A stretch of 62,925 bases of DNA, the filler included, from Elsinoe ampelina (lineage: Eukaryota): the NCBI GenBank assembly GCA_010093995.1. It is 7 parts of 5 records of this genome, joined end to end, with 100 filler letters (N's around TTAATTAATTAA, not from the genome) between each part and the next. Parts side by side here need not be neighbours in the genome. Positions count along the whole stretch, not along the records: positions 61,923 to 62,925 come from ML992516.1; 6 more parts are not named here. One strand, written 5' to 3'. Shown here piece by piece: positions 62,759-62,925 of the stretch. The position numbers were made by a program, and so were the translations under genes. Position 1 is the stretch's first letter, and each line of letters starts with the position of its first letter. The notes beneath the pieces were generated by a model. It saw nothing but the letters and a program-made list of their open reading frames with translations. It searched no databases and was not told the origin of the DNA.

Positions 62759-62925
62759 TATCTTACTATTTTACTAATCTATAATTAAATTAGATAATTA
62801 TTGTCTTAATCTACTACTATTAAGGAGTTCTTTTAATTTAGCTATCTTTTAGTACACTAGGTTAAGTATTTATATAGTTATAATCTACCTTATTTTAGTA
62901 GTTTAGGTAGTAATTAATCCTTTTT

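Overview
Fungal (Pezizomycotina, Dothideomycete-like) genomic window with a two-speed layout. A ~21.8 kb GC-balanced island (29198-50959) sits between two AT-rich blocks of transposons heavily mutated by RIP (CpA->TpA / TpG->TpA). The island holds six clear genes: a GCK-III/MST-1-type STE20 kinase, a Ubx5-like UBX protein, ornithine decarboxylase, a Methyltransf_16 family methyltransferase, a conserved-looking hypothetical protein and an arylamine N-acetyltransferase. It also has a ~8 kb gene-poor stretch with possible relics. The left block is a resolvable nest of two Gypsy/chromovirus families and Copia elements. The right block has Copia copies and nested Fot1/pogo DNA transposons, broken by artificial contig linkers (TTAATTAATTAA in N runs). 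Main observations: (1) all three LTR-retrotransposon families with an intact pol-to-3'-LTR interval (two Gypsy, one Copia) carry an extra gene there in ANTISENSE orientation. After manual RIP reversal each encodes a six-Cys, zinc-cluster-like or DUF3716-like protein, and two retain spliceosomal introns. (2) The ODC leader is AUG-free and intron-containing, with a UUG-initiated 78-codon uORF ending EPFKPP-stop. (3) There are three sharp C-rich->G-rich strand-skew switches that ignore gene orientation. (4) Pogo-type elements appear to have inserted into TA sites created by RIP. All de-RIPed translations are manual inferences; no database searches were run.
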